DNA of 56,156 nt, counting the filler, from Sphacelaria rigidula (lineage: Eukaryota), in assembly GCA_964200075.2 (NCBI GenBank). It is 4 parts of 4 records of this genome, joined end to end, with 100 filler letters (N's around TTAATTAATTAA, not from the genome) between each part and the next. Parts side by side here need not be neighbours in the genome. Positions count along the whole stretch, not along the records: positions 1 to 13,967 come from CAXNAA020002544.1; 3 more parts are not named here. One strand, 5' to 3'. Numbering within the stretch: the first letter of the stretch is position 1; every line of letters starts with the position of its first letter. The translations under genes were made by a program, and so were the position numbers. Below, one piece after another: positions 1 through 10,899 of this stretch. Under the pieces are notes generated by a model. That model was not told the DNA's origin. It did no database searches and saw only the letters and a program-made list of their open reading frames with translations.

Positions 1-70
1 AAGGGGCTCCTAACAATTCTAATCTCAGAAATTATTTCTCTACCCCTACCGTAGCATCACTCGCTGGTAA

Positions 71-1035
71 GATGCACGATGCCAGTCTCTCGAGCGATTG
101 GTAATCGCCGAGTGACGACACACATATGACACGGGCGAGGAGCTTCCTCTCTGTCGTTGCTCCTCTCTCTGGTGATATCGTCATCGACACGCGTGTACAC
201 CGCATCCGTTGGGTGCACCTAGCCACAGCTGATTGACTGCTGCAGAGTATATTGGGGGGAAAGATGGTTTCGCTCTGTGCAACTGTGTCGCGTCATCCCT
301 GCAAAACAGATACGCCACTTGAACCTCATTTTTGAGATCGACCCCATTTTCCAGGATTAGCTGTTAGCAATAAGGTCGCCACCATAAGCATGTTATTTCA
401 CTCAACATGACAAGAATGTCTCCATAAGTGTATTATCTCATACATCCCCCCAGCTGGCGTGTGACACGCTCTTGTCGTCGCGCACGCACATACATGTACG
501 CATGTCCGGTGAAATCAACAATGAATAACGCCCCCCAAGTTGCGGGTGGACCTGTTATTGCCGCAGTACCGTCCTGCTGCACGATGGCATGTGTGTGACA
601 GATAACAGTAGCGTAACGGGAACATCACCCTGTTTTCAACGACGTCTTCTGCAGCGCACAGAGGCGCGTCCTGTCCAAAACGAGAGGCAGAGAGGAATCG
701 ACCTTTTGGATTGGTAAGCTCCACAGATACACCGGTACATGGGCAATTGGGTACGTGCTAATAACATGCATGATGCCCGTGTCTCCAGCGACGGGGAATC
801 GCCGAGCGACAACACACAAAGGAAACGGGAGAGGAGCTTTCTCTCTGCCGTTACTCCTCCGGTGGTATCGTCATCGACTTGCGCGTACACCGCATTCGCT
901 CGGTTCACCTAGCCACAACTGCTTCACTGCTGCAGAGGTTGGGGTGGGAACGTGGTTTCCCTTGGTGTAACTGTTTGGCGCCATTCCTGCAATAAATATA
1001 TACCGCTTGGACCCCGTTTAAGTGTTCAACCCCAA
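71..1035. repeat. Diverged direct duplication (about 71-345 vs about 767-1035, offset about 0.7 kb)
   Basis: Alignable blocks such as tatcgtcatcgac, gtacaccgcat, cacctagccaca and actgctgcagag occur in both copies. Minus-strand translations are similar: TERKLLARVICVSSLGDYQSLERLASCIL vs AERKLLSRFLCVLSLGDSPSLETRASCML. Confidence 0.8.
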
Positions 1036-1153
1036 AAATTAGAAGCTGTTGTTATTTGGTCCCACAGCAATGCAGCGTTGCTGTTGCCCACATTTATTTT
1101 TAAGTTATGATTCAATGAAATGCGGAGTGAATCATTGACAGTACACGACTATT

Positions 1154-1716
1154 ATGGACTTCGCCAAATCGTCGTAGATTTTTACGTTCCGTGATACGCT
1201 CGGAGTCTTGCTTGTGGTATTGTACGGCGAGTCAGGCCTCAACATTTTGTCGTTTTTTTTCAAATATTCGTTCCATGATACTGTATCTACGACACGACAG
1301 AGATAAGAAGAAGCGGAACTTGGAGGATCGAAACCATCGGTCGAGACAAGTCCTTTCCCGAAGCTTCGATGGAAAAGATAACAGAACTGACAAATCCCGT
1401 GAAAACGTAGAGCGAACATCATGGAAGCGACACATGATGGGAGCAGATCTGGTCGCATATCACTTGCGAGTCCCACGACTCGTTCACTCCCACGCATCGC
1501 CTGTCGAAATGTGTACATAACGGCGGACAGGTTGTCGACTCTGGCTTAGACGAAACTTCGTGTTTCTTCATAGACGAAGACGGATTGGAGATTGAGCACG
1601 GATCGTTCTACGACATAGGCACGAATCCGGATGGAGACATCGATTTTGTGGAGACCGAAGGCCCCTACCCCTACGATCTCAGCCGACGCAAGGTTTGTTG
1701 TGCGGATATGCCCTAG
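1154..1716 (+). pseudogene. Decayed intronless coding sequence of unknown function
   Basis: One frame reads protein-like YDTTEIRRSGTWRIETIGRDKSFPE...WEQIWSHITCESHDSFTPTHRLSKCVHNGG...DIDFVETEGPYPYDL with isolated stops. 1438-1716 is open for 92 codons without a start codon. Not recognised. Confidence 0.25.
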
Positions 1717-2138
1717 AATGACGACGATTCGGTCTAGTATTTCTCATCAAAATTGCTCGTCTAGTCACCACTATACAAGATCGTAGTCGGCAGTCAATCT
1801 TGCTCGTAGTATCTACTCCAGTGAGAAGAATGAGTTATACATGCTAAGTTTTTATAGACTTTGAGAAGAGCTCCCCTACAGGTAACGTTATACGCAGTGA
1901 GGTAGCCCGTCTTCGTCAACTACTTTGTCATCGCGCTGAGGTCACACACTTGGTCGCACTTGAGAGGTGCCCACCCTGCCTTCAGGGCAAAGTTCGTTGC
2001 CGTACACACAAATTCCGACACGGGCGACACTAGATTCGAGGATAGCCGAGATATGTTTGACCAGGTGGACTCATGAAGGATATGGTTCACAAATTTCTTC
2101 GCCCATCACACGCAAAAGGACAACCATAGGTAAACATG

Positions 2139-3506
2139 CACACGTGGACAGATATCACCCTGTAAAACGTGCTGCACAGGGTTCTTCACAGTCTTTGTCA
2201 GAAACCCTGCATTGCATTTGCAAACCCTAGTACCTGTAGTAGCCTTATGCATAGCATTTTTGTCGAAACCCTGCAAGCAACCCTGTGGGGAGGCCCTCCC
2301 AGTGTTTAAAATTCCACTTTTTCCTTAAAAATTCCAAATTGTTTTGGTATAAAATCTGAAAATTTATTTCTTTTGAATTGCTTCTCCTGCTGTCCGAGAT
2401 AAATTCCTATTCGGGAAAAAATGAATTTATCTCGGACAGCAAGGAAAGCTATTCAAAACAGATCCTTTTCTCGCCCAATATATTTGGGTAAAAACAGGAT
2501 TTACTTCGAACAGCATACGAACCTATTCAAAATAGATCCTTTTTTCGCCCATTTCAATTGGACGAAAAAAGGATCTATTTCGAACAGCTTCTTCTGCTGC
2601 GCAAATCCCATGCACACTGGCAGATTTGGAATTTGAAAATCGGAAGAAGCTCGAAATAAATCTTCACTTTGCCCTCCAACTCATCCGGAAATTGGGCAAA
2701 AGCAGATTTATTGCGAACAGCATCAACTCGGCATATCCCGTATACTGCACCGTTACCACCGTATGAGATCCGACACGCAGAAAAAATTGTTGAAAGTAAT
2801 TCATCCTTTTGCCCCCCGGTTCATGTGCCAATCAGACTGAAAGATGAATAACTCTCAACAGCTTTTGCTGAATAGAGATTCAACACACTGATTACGAGTG
2901 TATGTCCACACGCCTACGAACTTAGGTACGACGCTTTGGCTTAAGGCGTGGATGCTGGAATGACGGTAAATACCTCGCATTTGAGTCCACATAGCTTATG
3001 AAAACCCCGTCGTCCGCAGTCTACCAAAATCACTCAATCGAGCACGCTTTTGTTTATGGAGGTTTTTGCTTGATAGTTATTAGAAGCACAAAATATTGAC
3101 CATATCAAAAACAAGTCAGGTAGCTCCATATGCAACTCGTCGCACTCCCGAACACGACCAATCGTGAGCTCAATTCCTACCCCTGCACTTTCTCGACGTT
3201 TTGTTTGCCAGTACCATGCCCATGCTGTATGGAGTATATTGTATGTGCGCTATAAAAGCTGTACAGTATATTAACAACAATGAACAGTATTCGGGATGAC
3301 GAAATCCTGTGAAGCGTACTGTGCGGCGCGAAAAACAAACTACAGCCAAATCCCCGCGACAAACACTGCACAGTTTCCCTGAAACCCTGTGAAGCGTACT
3401 GTGTGGCGTAAAAAGACACCCTACAGCTAAATCCCCGCGAGAAACACTGCACAGGTTCCCTGAACCCTGTAGACGTGCTCCAAAGGGTGCTATCTGTCCA
3501 CGTGTG
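2139..3506. mobile_element. Non-autonomous CACTA/EnSpm (CMC)-like DNA transposon
   Basis: TIR CACACGTGGACAGATATCACCCT at 2139 and its reverse complement (1 mismatch) ending at 3506. 2-bp TG duplication at 2137-2138 and 3507-3508. Subterminal aaccctg-type repeats at both ends. Confidence 0.75.
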
Positions 3507-3739
3507 TGACCCCCACAATACATTCATGTACATACAAGGGTGCGGCGGCTCTCGCCTCCAAGCTCAACGGATCGGCAGCCAAGGTACACGAGCAACGGTA
3601 ACAGTGATGTGTGTTGTGTCATGGCACATGGCAAAGTTTGAAGGAAAAAATACAGCTGCTCGTCAGCTGAGCACGTTGTGCGTGAACTACCTCAAGTTTA
3701 TTCGGATTCAATGAAAAACGATGGTTCATGTGAGGCACA

Positions 3740-4650
3740 CGTACACAGAGGGTCAGCACTCGTTGAGATGATGCCGGCTCAAATTCGAGAAAGAAGTGAA
3801 CGGTGCATCCGACCACGATGAACGAAAGTTGCATGTGCCGCTGAAGTAGTAGCAGCAGCTGTAGCAGCAGTTCAGAGGCAGGGGAAAAGTAAGCGCAGTT
3901 GAGACAATTGGACATGCGTGCAAGATCGAAACATGCTCCAGGTGTTCAAGCCCTTCCCCGAGAGGACGACTGTGTTCAATGGAGAGCGCTGGCATGAATT
4001 TGTCTCGTGCCTTCTGATTTTCAAATGAACACAATGCCGGTTCAACTTGTGATTCAAAACGATGCAGATTCCGCCAATGAAGAGCGCTCGACATGGATGA
4101 CGGTATCGCCGACGGTCGAAGGATAGACTGAGACGTGGACAAAGAAATTAAACGGATGCATCACAAGTTCATCGATGCCCTGAGGCTATGCAAATACAGC
4201 GCGGAACGACAATGTACTCCGCACTGAAGCAGAAACAGAACGCACCCCATCGTCCAGCGAAATGCAAACGAACAGGTACTAGCGAAAAAATGCACCCTAA
4301 AATCAAGTGAAGTGCTGGCTTCAGAGCTTCAGTGAAAGGGTGACACTAAACGATGTATACTCTGCAATCAAGTAAAATACTGGTCCGTGGGGGGTTCAAT
4401 GCGAAATGATACCTGTCTGCAAGAAGGGTAGACGACGAAAAAAACAACTCAGAGTACTCGAAGATCAAGTGAAGGCGGCATGCTGGTCTTTGAGACCTCA
4501 CTCTTAAAATGGCACCTGTCTGCAGGGAAACGTTATCGCGCAAACTATAACTGCTATTACTGGTGCAAGGATTTTGATACTTCGCGCTACCGCCCAATCG
4601 AGTAATCCTAAAGCAAAGGATGGTTCGGAGCGCTCGGCGCTGAGAATATG
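3740..4650 (+). pseudogene. Heavily decayed hAT-like transposase remnant
   Basis: Motifs occur in the expected order: RVSTR*DD (TRW with TGG>TGA, 3758-3766), NWTCVQDRNMLQVFKPFPERTTVFNGERW (resembles hAT W..LKPF..AT..SGE, about 3905-3995), and a weak dimerisation-domain-like LKW..KRY / ARILILRATAQSS (about 4505-4605). Many stops and frameshifts. Confidence 0.4.
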
Positions 4651-5094
4651 ATTTGGAGACGATTTCAAAATCTCGAATGAAAAATGAGACTCGAGAAAAA
4701 GGGTAAGCCCTTGAATGTAGGCTGGCGATCGCATGCGCGACTTTGCCGTTCGGGCTGTTCATCGGTCATGAATAAACTGCACAGAAAAACACTCATTATT
4801 ATCCCTCGAATGAGAAAGAGTAGTCCATCAGGTCCGTGACTTCTGGAGGTGCACGGCACGAGGTATGACGTTGGTGACAATGGACGAGGTTTTGACATAC
4901 GTCTGAGAAATGCCGTTAGGATTTTTTGGAATAACGTTTTGACCGACAGAGAGGGAGGTGCTGACGACCGAAAAGGGGAATACAGAGGGGCTGACGGGAA
5001 GACAAGCAACTTCCCAGAAAGTCCAACAGAGGAAATGCTGGGGTATCGTTCATCACAGAAAACAGAAGAACTAATTACTGCGATCTGGCGCATT

Positions 5095-5204
5095 CACGGG
5101 TGGCCACTGGGGTGCCTGTAACCTCAAATTTGGACGTTACAGACCTTGTGCGACGTCCGTAACGTCCAAATTTGAGGATATAGGCACCCCAGTGGCCACC
5201 CGTG
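5095..5204. mobile_element. 110-bp fold-back MITE with CAC...GTG ends
   Basis: Near-perfect arms of about 46 bp (cacgggtggccactggggtgcct...aggcaccccagtggccacccgtg), flanked by TT at 5093-5094 and 5205-5206. Confidence 0.85.
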
Positions 5205-5333
5205 TTGCACTGCGGGAAAGTGTTGCGCTGTTGTACATTGCAAAATGACACCTGTTTGCAGGGAAGCCATAAAACAGAATCTCAATGTCTGTATTAGAGT
5301 GTTTCGGAAAACGATTTTTCAAATCTTAGGGTC

Positions 5334-5591
5334 TGTGACGCCAGCCAGTGGAAGAACTGCTGAATCATTGCTGTCGAGGGACTCCACAGTCTTACTGGCC
5401 TCAGTTTCAGTTGTCAGCCTTGACAACATCTCATATTATCGGAGTAATCTTCCAGGGCACCAGCTTCCTAAACATGCAGATACCATCTCTGTGTCCCCGG
5501 CCATTACCCAGAACCCTCCAGAATCTCCGTGCCCCCAGTTATTATTCATATCATCACTAACAACTCAACGTAGCGGCGTATTTTCGTCACA
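5334..5591 (-). repeat. 3' LTR (258 bp)
   Basis: Direct repeat of 10192-10899 once the MITE is removed. Roughly 90% identical by hand count, mostly transitions. TG...CA ends with 7-bp inverted termini. Confidence 0.92.
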
Positions 5592-6287
5592 GCACCCCCA
5601 AAGTGCGTTGGACGAAAATCGATCAACAAGGTTGAAGCATAGAAAACACCAAAACGATGAGTAAGTCACAATTGGATGACAAACGCGCTCGTAATTTTAG
5701 CAGCAACGGCTCGAGTCGTGCGTAGTTTACGCAATTCTTTCGTAAGAAATTCCGGAGCGGCCTCAAAAATATCCGTGAAAGGCTCCCACGTACGCTCCTC
5801 AACTTCGGAACCAACCGAGTCGACCGACACGATCAACGGACGATCATCTGCTTCTGCCACTCGGATAATACAAGCCATCTGATATTGCCCCTGACTAGAA
5901 GCATGCTGGAACACGTTCTTGACGTCAGCCACAACATTAAGCTGCGAGTCTGCATAAAAACGCAAACGAGCGACATGGGCGGTCTGAATACAACCCGAAA
6001 CAATGTTCTGAATCTTAAACACGTGCGGGTGGTGAGCACCAACCACTCTCCATGGACCAGTCCACGTCGCCGTCAAATTGGGCGTAACACCCGGACGATG
6101 CACGCGTGCATACAAGACATAGTCGTTTACCTCAAAATTCGGCAATTCTAGCCCCGACGAGGACCGCTCACGTCTACGCGCACGTTCAGCGGCAACGCGT
6201 TCCTGCACTTGAATGTGGAAACGTTATTTTAATTCCAAGACTTCTTGCAATATACTCTTAATTTGAACATCGTCCGGAGCATCATAC

Positions 6288-6516
6288 TGTAATGCGTGAG
6301 AGGACCGCGTGCTTAGAGGACCGCATCGGAATTTGACCACCCCTATGGTTAGGGTTAGGGTTAGGGTTAGGGTTAGGGTTAGGGTTAGGGTTGGGGTTAG
6401 GGTCAGGGGCGTGGTACCTGCACGGACTGATCCGATTGGTTTCGAAAAACGTCGATCCTGAGGTATTTTGAACTATGGTGCGGTCTTCTGAGCACGCGGT
6501 CCTCTCACGCATTACA
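6288..6516. mobile_element. 229-bp MITE with TGT...ACA termini carrying telomeric repeats (Ginger-like ends)
   Basis: TIRs of about 40 bp (tgtaatgcgtgagaggaccgcgtgct / agcacgcggtcctctcacgcattaca). 4-bp flanks ATAC and ACAC. Removing the element plus one flank rejoins the integrase frame (GEWRC|DAPDDVQIK). Confidence 0.88.
6349..6408 (+). repeat. Interstitial telomeric repeat (TTAGGG)7 TTGGGG TTAGGG TCAGGG
   Basis: Read directly from the sequence. Confidence 0.97.
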
Positions 6517-8873
6517 ACACCTCCATTCCCCCGCCGACGAAGACGCCAGCACCGTCCGAGGGGCACAACTAAACATCACGCGGTACGGCGTACTATCGTA
6601 ACGACTATGATACGCTGTATTAAGCGTCCATTGCACCGCCGGTAACACGTCCACCCACTCGGAAAACGCTCTACGCTGCTCGAAAAGAACAAAACGAAGA
6701 GCACGAACTACTTCCTTGGCCATGCGTTCGCACGTGCCCTTAGACCGTGGAGAGTACGCTATCGAAAACTGGTGATCAACGCGCATAGCCTCTCGCAATC
6801 GGACCAAGATCGTATTTTTGAAATGCGTGGCGGTATCACTCACCCACACACGCGGCACCCCAAATTTTTGCCCCGACTTAGCAAAGATGCAGCGGTCGAT
6901 TCAGCAATACACACTGCTACTGGTTTCAGAGCCAAAACGTTGCTCAAATAATCCATGATTATCAAAATGTATCGAAACCCAGCATCCTCCGACAAACCTT
7001 GGGAAGCAAGCGGGCCACTCTCGCCCACGTACAAGAAGTCAAAATGAACGACTTCATTCGGCGTGGTCCCATGGACCGTATCGCCGAGCGGGCGGGGAAC
7101 AACATCGCCCATCCTCGAGTTAGCACAGTGAAGACACTGGCGGACGAATTCGCGCACATGAATTTCTATCCCCTGCCAGACACGAAACTCTTGCAAGCGC
7201 ACGAGCGTCGCAGCCACACCACGATGTCCGGCGTCGCACATGTGCGCACAAATCATCAGACGTACTTGCAACTGCTTGTCACAACTCGGAATCCACAAAA
7301 CGTCTCGGCCACGCACATGCACACGAAAGATACCTTGATTGTCCAAGATAGCGGTACCAACGTCCGACTCGAAAGATTGTACATCCGCATCTTCGGCCCC
7401 AAGGTCTTTTCGTTGCGCTTGGCGGACAACAGATTTGAACTGCATCGACTCATCGGGTTCACACGGACCATACCAAGCCACAGCGCGCACAGGCATTTGA
7501 ATTTCAACTGTAGGCACCTGCATGACCAAACTACCCCAATGGCACCCAGATGCATCCGGAAACATAAACACGTGACAATCAGGGCGAGGATGGAACAGCA
7601 TCATGGCATGAGCCATCAGACCCTTCACTGGCGCCCACGCCTGCAGCCTGCCCTCCGTCCACGATGCAGCCTTCTTCGGAAACGTCATATCTGGACTGGA
7701 CCACCCCGCCTGCGAATTCCGTAACACCAACCCGAGCGCCAAAAGAGCAGTCATGCACACCGCCAACCAACTTGACTTCACCGGATCGTACCGCCGCGGC
7801 TTCGCCTTCACCGCGGATGCCCCAGGTTTCAGCTGAACACGCATGGGCTCCACGCGCGCAGGGGGATCACCCCGCAGCGCACGACGAAACACGTTGACGC
7901 GGCGATGCAAGATGCCGCGCAGGAGTTCCGCTTCGGGGACACTGATGCCTTTCGCCAAAGCATTCGTCACGCTCTCCTCCAGCACGACCTTCCGACCGAA
8001 CTCCTCTTCCACCAGGTCCATAAACATGTCCGGATCGCGCTCTACTAAGAGTTCCAGCGCTGCATCCTGCTCCTCGGTCACCTACCCCCCAGCCTCCTGA
8101 AAAGCATCCACCGACAAGCTCACGCGACGGCTGCCCAAAAAGGTGGGCGTCTCCACGTGCGGACCAGGCGGAGGTATCCGCGTCTTGATGGAGCCCTTCA
8201 ACTGCTCATATGGGTCGACTCCTGGATCCTGTAGCAACGGCAGCCCGAGAAGAACAACACCATCCGACCCTAGCATAATCGCAAACGAGATCGAAGGCAA
8301 CGGCACCGGCCCCCAAGCAGTCTTGAAAGCTAGCTGCAACGGAACAGTACGCTCCGTGAGTGTAACATGCTGACCCGACGCGGTGACTGCCTACCGCGCC
8401 CCGAGCAATAAAGGGATGCGCAGCGGCACACCCGAATGTTGATGCTCCAGCATCTCAACCATCCGCACCTACTGACTAGTGAAATGGGCGCCAGAATCCA
8501 ACACAGATCGAACCACAATGGCTCCACGCTGCCGTTGATTCGGAAGACATGAGTCCGCCAGAATGTATCTGTCGGCAAATTCCACGGGAACTTCTTCCGC
8601 CGACCAATGCGCCGTTAATCCCACTTGATGCCATGGCTGCGCAAGCTGCGCAAGCTGCGCAGGCGAAGAGGCCCCGGCAGGTTCAAACGGCACCGCCGGC
8701 GGGTACGCCCCCCAGCCAGCAAACCAAGACTTTGGCGAACCTCCTATCAACGCATCACGTGGCGCCTGGCGCTGCTGCCGGTGTCGCCGCCGGCGCCGGT
8801 GGTGGCGACGGCGCAGTGTTCGGCTCTGTAGAAGTCGGGCCCACCTGCTCCGCCCATTGGGGTGCAGCAGCAT

Positions 8874-9877
8874 CTACGGCGGCGCCGGGCCCAGAGTCAG
8901 GCCCATGCTGACGCCACTGCCCCTGCTGCGCTGGTGCTGGTGCTGCTGCGGCTGCTGCTGAAGGCTCGCCTGCGACCCTCCATCGCCGGAGGATCCGCCG
9001 GCGCCACCACGATTACCTCGTCTCTTGCCCTTGTGCTGACGATGCTGATGGCGCGCGGCACTAGACTGCCCAGACTCTCCACCGGAAGACGGTGGGCAAT
9101 CTCGCGCGTAATGACCGACCTGGCCACAGCGGTGGCAAGTCATACTCGCGGCGCCACCAGCCGATTTCGAGCCATGGTTGCGCAAAGCTTTCGGCAAAGA
9201 GGTGGACGACTGGCCGAACACATATATTTTCCGCCACTGCTTGGCCTCGGCCACGACGGTGCTCATCACCAGGTATGGGTCGGCCTTCCAGTCTGTTTGG
9301 TGCTGCAGCTTGATAAGCACGGCTTGCTTGAATTCTCCTGGTGCCAACCTCTCCACCAAAGCCTTAGTTATTACTGCTGCCGAGACGGGAATGAGCTCAC
9401 CATTGGGGGAACGATATACTAGCTCCACGTTCGAATTTTCCGTGAAGTACTTATCCAAATTGGCCAAGATGAGCTCCATCCGCTCCAACATCGTTTTCCC
9501 CCGAGAATCCATGGCGACAGCTTTCGCCATGGCCGCGGACACTTGGGTCAGATCTACCTTAGCACCCGCTGCATGCCCTGTATGCGTTTTGATCGCCGCA
9601 ACGAATTGCGGCGGGGTGATAGTGCTCTCACTTTTGTTCCAAACGAGCGAACACTCTCTGTACATGAGTTGGCACTTGTTGAGCCTCTGTCACCACCTGA
9701 TGCCCCACGGCACCCCCTGCATTAGCGTGCTCCACACGTTTCTTGCATTCCAAAATACCTCGTGTGAAAAGTGCGAGATGCACTCTCTGAGTACCTATCC
9801 CCGTATTGGGGAGGTCGCAACACTTTCCGCATGACCACGGGTGTCACGGTGGTCGTACCTCGTGAGATGGTAGCCAT
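8874..9877 (-). pseudogene. gag: gag (frameshifted) with CCHC zinc knuckle
   Basis: ORF 8874-9665 contains CHRCGQVGHYARDC (C-X2-C-X4-H-X4-C). A probable original ATG lies at 9877 in a shifted frame. Confidence 0.85.
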
Positions 9878-10191
9878 AGCTGTAGCTTTAACCGACTACC
9901 TGCAAACCTTTGCAGGCCAGCGGACCTTCGCGAATTGCACTGTCCTTACCTCGTCGCCGCACCACACAGTTGTATGCGACTCCGAACTCCCGCTGCACGC
10001 AGCTTGGGCAAGTCTCCAGCCTGGATCAATCACAGGCCAGCCGCCTCTCTGCAGCCTCCTCAGCCGGAATCCCCCTCCACGCGTCCGTGGGTTATCAGGT
10101 TTTCACAGCTACCAGAGTCCTTTCGCCGAATTCCTTTCCAGCAGGTTTCTAGCACTAGCACTAGCACTAACACTGTCACTCATATCGATAT

Positions 10192-10899
10192 TGTGACGCC
10201 AGCCAATGGAAGAACTGCTGGATCACTGCTGCTGTTGAGGGGCTCCACAGTCTTACTGGCCTCAGTTTCAGTTGTCAGCCTTCACAACATCTCATATTAT
10301 CGGAGTGATTTTCCGGGGCACCAGCTTTCTAGACGTGCAGATACCATTTCCGTGTCCCGGGTCATTATCCAGAATCCCCCAGAATCTCCGTGCCCCATTC
10401 ATTATCCATATCATCACTACCGACTTAACGTAACGAACACGGGATGTTACAAATTTGGGATGGATCTTTCATTGGGGATGAGAAACCCGGAGAATTAAAA
10501 TCTTCGTATCCACACCAAACCTTCGAAATATGGTTCCATTTCTTTATTTATTGATGGCTATTGACAACAGCTACATGCCATGGGAATTTGGATTTCGATC
10601 CCCGAAATGTTGGGGTTCTAGGTGAAAAACCAATTTCCGGGAATTCCGGGTGTCCGAACGGACGCCAGAATTGTTCCGAAATCGTTTATTTACGTATGAC
10701 CCCAAACACTCGGTGATCGAAATCCAAATTTCTGTGGCGGGTAGCAGTTGTCAATAGCACCCAGTAGGTGAAGAAATGGAAACATATTTCGAAGATTTGG
10801 TGTGGATACGATGATTTTAATTCTCCGGGTTTCGCATCCCCGAAAAAAAATCCATCCTCAACTTGTAAGATCCCGTGTTAACGGCGTATTTTCGTCACA
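10192..10899 (-). repeat. 5' LTR, interrupted by a 444-bp MITE
   Basis: 10192-10435 matches the 3' LTR, and the terminal ggcgtattttcgtcaca resumes at 10883-10899. Confidence 0.9.
10436..10879. mobile_element. 444-bp long-TIR (fold-back) MITE inserted in the 5' LTR
   Basis: Ends AACACGGGAT...ATCCCGTGTT with imperfect arms of about 190 bp. 4-bp TSD AACG at 10432-10435 and 10880-10883. The insertion is absent from the 3' LTR. Confidence 0.9.

Larger units (their letters stand above)
5666..8578 (-). pseudogene. pol: pol: aspartic protease, deleted RT/RNase H, integrase, chromodomain
   Basis: Protease VLDSGAHFTS (about 8500). RT N-terminus PRRY...WSSP..FPKK. RNase H start FPDASGCHWG. Integrase H..AGHRG..CLHC, HFDF, WVSDTATHF, GTCERM and WTGPWRV. 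Chromodomain ERTWEPFTDI. Multiple stops and frameshifts. Confidence 0.92.
5334..10899 (-). mobile_element. Ty3/Gypsy (chromovirus-type) LTR retrotransposon, defective
   Basis: Two LTRs with TGTGACG...CGTCACA ends. Domain order is gag - protease - RT remnant - RNase H remnant - integrase - chromodomain. A purine-rich tract (GGGGGTGC on minus, about 5592-5599) abuts the 3' LTR. No clean TSD or tRNA primer-binding site is visible. Confidence 0.95.

Noticed and set aside
6349-6408. True chromosome end
   Set aside because: The array is short, internal to a contig and enclosed by MITE TIRs.
6282-6566. ORF with PNPNPN repeat, and similar ORFs (VCVC/HTHT at 33002, poly-T/V at 45719-46249, poly-P/G at 20607-20937)
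   Set aside because: These are translations of microsatellites or homopolymer runs, not proteins.
8549-10498. Plus-strand ORFs of 120-218 aa
   Set aside because: They are antisense shadows of the GC-rich gag and LTR region.
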